A stretch of 64,000 nt of DNA from an uncultured Alphaproteobacteria bacterium (lineage in GTDB: Bacteria; Pseudomonadota; Alphaproteobacteria; Rhizobiales; Beijerinckiaceae). The stretch lies in contig CAVPAB010000002.1 of the NCBI GenBank assembly GCA_963701405.1, positions 472,229 to 536,228 on the forward strand, given 5' to 3'. Below, in pieces: positions 60,339 through 64,000 of this stretch (the stretch's first letter is position 1; each line of letters opens with the position of its first letter). Below the pieces are notes generated by a model. The model worked only from the letters and a program-made list of their open reading frames with translations. It was not told the origin of the DNA and made no database searches. The translations under genes and the position numbers were made by a program.

Positions 60339-61316
60339 ATGGCCGGATTCGCACGCAGTCTTTTCGCAGCCGCCGTTCTGCTGGGCGCAGGAAGCATCGC
60401 GGCCCATGCGCAGGCGCAATGGCCGACGCGCGCCGTCAAGATCATCACGCCCCAGCCCCCCGGCACCGGCATCGACGTGTCCTGCCGCGTGTTCGCCGAC
60501 AAGCTCTCCCAGAAGTGGGGCCAGCCCGTCATTGTCGAGAACCGCCCCGGCGCCGACGGCGCCATCGGCGTCGGCGCATTCATTTCCGCCGCGGACGATC
60601 ATTCGCTCCTGTGTTCGTTCGGCGGGCCGATCACCATCCTTCCCTTCACGACGCAGACGAAGCTCGCCTACGATCCTGCCGCCGATCTCAAGCCGATCTC
60701 GACCATCGTCGATTTCGTCCAGCTCTTCGCCGTGTCTGCGACCATGGGAGTCGACACTCTCGACGCCCTCGTGAAGAAAGTGCGCAGCGAGCCCGGCAAG
60801 CACAACTGGAGTTCGACGCAGGGTCTGCCGCTGCTGATGCTGAGCAGCTTCCTGCGCGGCGCCAATCTCGACATGGCCTATGTCCCCTACAGCGCGCTGA
60901 CCCCTGCGCTGCAGGATCTGGGGCAAGGACGTTTCCAGCTTTACGCGACGACCTACGCGAGCTTCCTGCCGCTCATCCAGTCGAACCAGATTCGCGTGCT
61001 CCTCACGCTCAACAGCCAGCGCGCCGCGCAACTCCCGGACGTTCCCACCGCCGCCGAAGCCGGATTGCCGCATCTGACCGTCGTGAGCTTCAACGGCTTC
61101 TTCGGCGGACGCGCCATGCCCGACGCGTTGCGCGATCGTATTGCGAAGGATCTGGAAGCCATCGGCCGCGAGCCTGACGTCGCGGCGAAACTCCAGGGCC
61201 TCGGCATTTCGATCCGCACCACGACACCCGGCGAGTTCGCAAAGATGATTGCCGAGCAGAGTGCGACCGTGCAGAGCATCCTCAAGACGACGGGCGGGCT
61301 ACCCGGCCAGAAGTGA
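60339..61316 (+). CDS. Bug/TctC substrate-binding protein (divergent motif)
   Basis: WPTRAVKIITPQPPGTGID; ENRPGADG; LPDVPTAAEAG. Confidence 0.88.
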   Translation: MAGFARSLFAAAVLLGAGSIAAHAQAQWPTRAVKIITPQPPGTGIDVSCRVFADKLSQKWGQPVIVENRPGADGAIGVGAFISAADDHSLLCSFGGPITILPFTTQTKLAYDPAADLKPISTIVDFVQLFAVSATMGVDTLDALVKKVRSEPGKHNWSSTQGLPLLMLSSFLRGANLDMAYVPYSALTPALQDLGQGRFQLYATTYASFLPLIQSNQIRVLLTLNSQRAAQLPDVPTAAEAGLPHLTVVSFNGFFGGRAMPDALRDRIAKDLEAIGREPDVAAKLQGLGISIRTTTPGEFAKMIAEQSATVQSILKTTGGLPGQK

Positions 61317-61325
61317 GAGGCGACG

Positions 61326-62111
61326 ATGGCTGACGAGGAGAAGGCGGGTCAGGGCGCCCCACCGGCGGGCGAGCGGCAGTTTCCCTTGCCCGAAGGCTAC
61401 GACGCCGTGGCCGAAGCCAAGCGTCTCATGCGAAGCATTCGCGCCGGCGCGCTTGCGACGCTGTCGCAGGACGGCTTTCCCTTCGCCTCGCTCGTGAACG
61501 TCGCGACCGATTTCGACGGCGCGCCGCTGCTGCTGATGTCGAGCCTGTCGGCGCACACGCGCCATCTCGACGCCGAGCCGCGCGCCTCGATCCTCCTGTC
61601 GGAGGGCGGCAAGGGCGACCCGCTCGCCCATCCGCGCCTCACGGTCACGGGCCATGCGGCGCGCGTGAGCGAGGAGGCGGCGCGCGCCCGCGTCAAGGCG
61701 CGCTTCCTCGCGCGTCATCCAAAGTCCGCGCTGTATGCCGACTTCGGCGATTTCTCCTTCTGGCGCCTCGCCATCGTGCGCGCCCATCTCAACGGGGGAT
61801 TCGCGCGCGCCGCCAGCTTCGAGGCGGCGCAGATCCTCACCGATGTCTCCGACGCGGCCGAACTCGTCGAAATCGAATCATCGGCCATCGAGCACATGAA
61901 CGCCGACCACCCGGACGCCCTGCAATTGTATGCCGTGAAATTGTGCGGCGAACGGGAGGGCCGCTGGCGCGCAACCGGCGTCGATCCCGACGGCATGGAC
62001 CTCGCGTCCGGCGATATGACTGCAAGACTTGCGTTTCCCGCCCGCGTGACAGGCGGCGACGCGTTGCGGCGGACGCTTGCGGAACTGGGCGCTGCTGCAC
62101 GTGCGAAATGA
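61326..62111 (+). CDS. HugZ-like split-barrel protein (PNPOx-like plus DUF2470)
   Basis: GALATL; PFASLV; LSAHTR; GDPLAHPRL; HMNADH; GVDPDGMDL. Confidence 0.88.
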   Translation: MADEEKAGQGAPPAGERQFPLPEGYDAVAEAKRLMRSIRAGALATLSQDGFPFASLVNVATDFDGAPLLLMSSLSAHTRHLDAEPRASILLSEGGKGDPLAHPRLTVTGHAARVSEEAARARVKARFLARHPKSALYADFGDFSFWRLAIVRAHLNGGFARAASFEAAQILTDVSDAAELVEIESSAIEHMNADHPDALQLYAVKLCGEREGRWRATGVDPDGMDLASGDMTARLAFPARVTGGDALRRTLAELGAAARAK

Positions 62112-62123
62112 TGCTGCATCGCA
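62112..62123 (-). promoter_or_regulatory. PhaR-like box upstream of pckA
   Basis: Minus strand TGCGATGCAGCA is a 12/12 match to TGCRNYGCASMA. Confidence 0.55.
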
Positions 62124-62282
62124 ATAGGACAGAGTGTAGCCAATTCTTCAGCAATACCCCGCACAAATGCCCAGTCCCGCTTGCCCTGCGCGGCGGCGGG
62201 GACTAAACACCCCGCCAGACCGACAGGACGAGGGCGAGGCTGCGGCGCCGAGAGGCGCCCCCCGAACGATCCGGAGTAAGCG

Positions 62283-63903
<1,621 letters not shown>

Positions 63904-63929
63904 GTCCGGCAGCCTTCAAAAGACCAGCG

Positions 63930-63959
63930 AAGGCCCCCTCACGGGGGCCTTTTGCTTTT
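63930..63959 (+). terminator. Terminator after pckA
   Basis: AAGGCCCCC-tcac-GGGGGCCTT-TTGCTTTT. Confidence 0.8.
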
Positions 63960-63968
63960 GTGGCCGCG

Positions 63969-63995
63969 TTGATCGTCCGTTAACCTTCCGTTCAC
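63969..63995 (+). promoter_or_regulatory. Tandem CtrA-like half sites
   Basis: TTGA-N7-TTAA-N7-TTCAC. Confidence 0.45.
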
Positions 63996-64000
63996 TATGA

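Overview
High-GC alphaproteobacterial chromosome segment, with gene order typical of Hyphomicrobiales/Rhizobiales. It carries core loci: rimP-nusA-ylxR-infB-rbfA-truB, infC/rpmI-rplT/pheS-pheT, purU, chvI-chvG-hprK-manX-hpr, pgi, uup, arfB, tal, hrcA, lepA and pckA. These are interleaved with accessory catabolic and transport genes: a Rieske oxygenase, four orphan Bug/TctC binding proteins, a TAXI-TRAP pair, gcdH plus a CoA-transferase, an AraC/DUF1254 islet and CidA/LrgB. Many conserved genes are broken by single-base indels. Several look like two codon alleles merged, which I read as a consensus or assembly artefact rather than pseudogenisation, so coordinates of those genes are approximate. 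I saw no tRNA, rRNA, CRISPR, transposase or phage genes. The best candidate for an uncharacterised system is the ribB(X) - hydrolase - luciferase-like monooxygenase - hydrolase - PDR/VanB reductase cluster (45884-51020), which has a perfect palindromic operator upstream. Several candidate cis-regulatory elements are also visible: an rpmI leader pseudoknot, a rimP leader terminator, PhaR-like and CtrA-like boxes, and a multi-hairpin intergenic element. All assignments come from motif recognition by eye; no searches were run.
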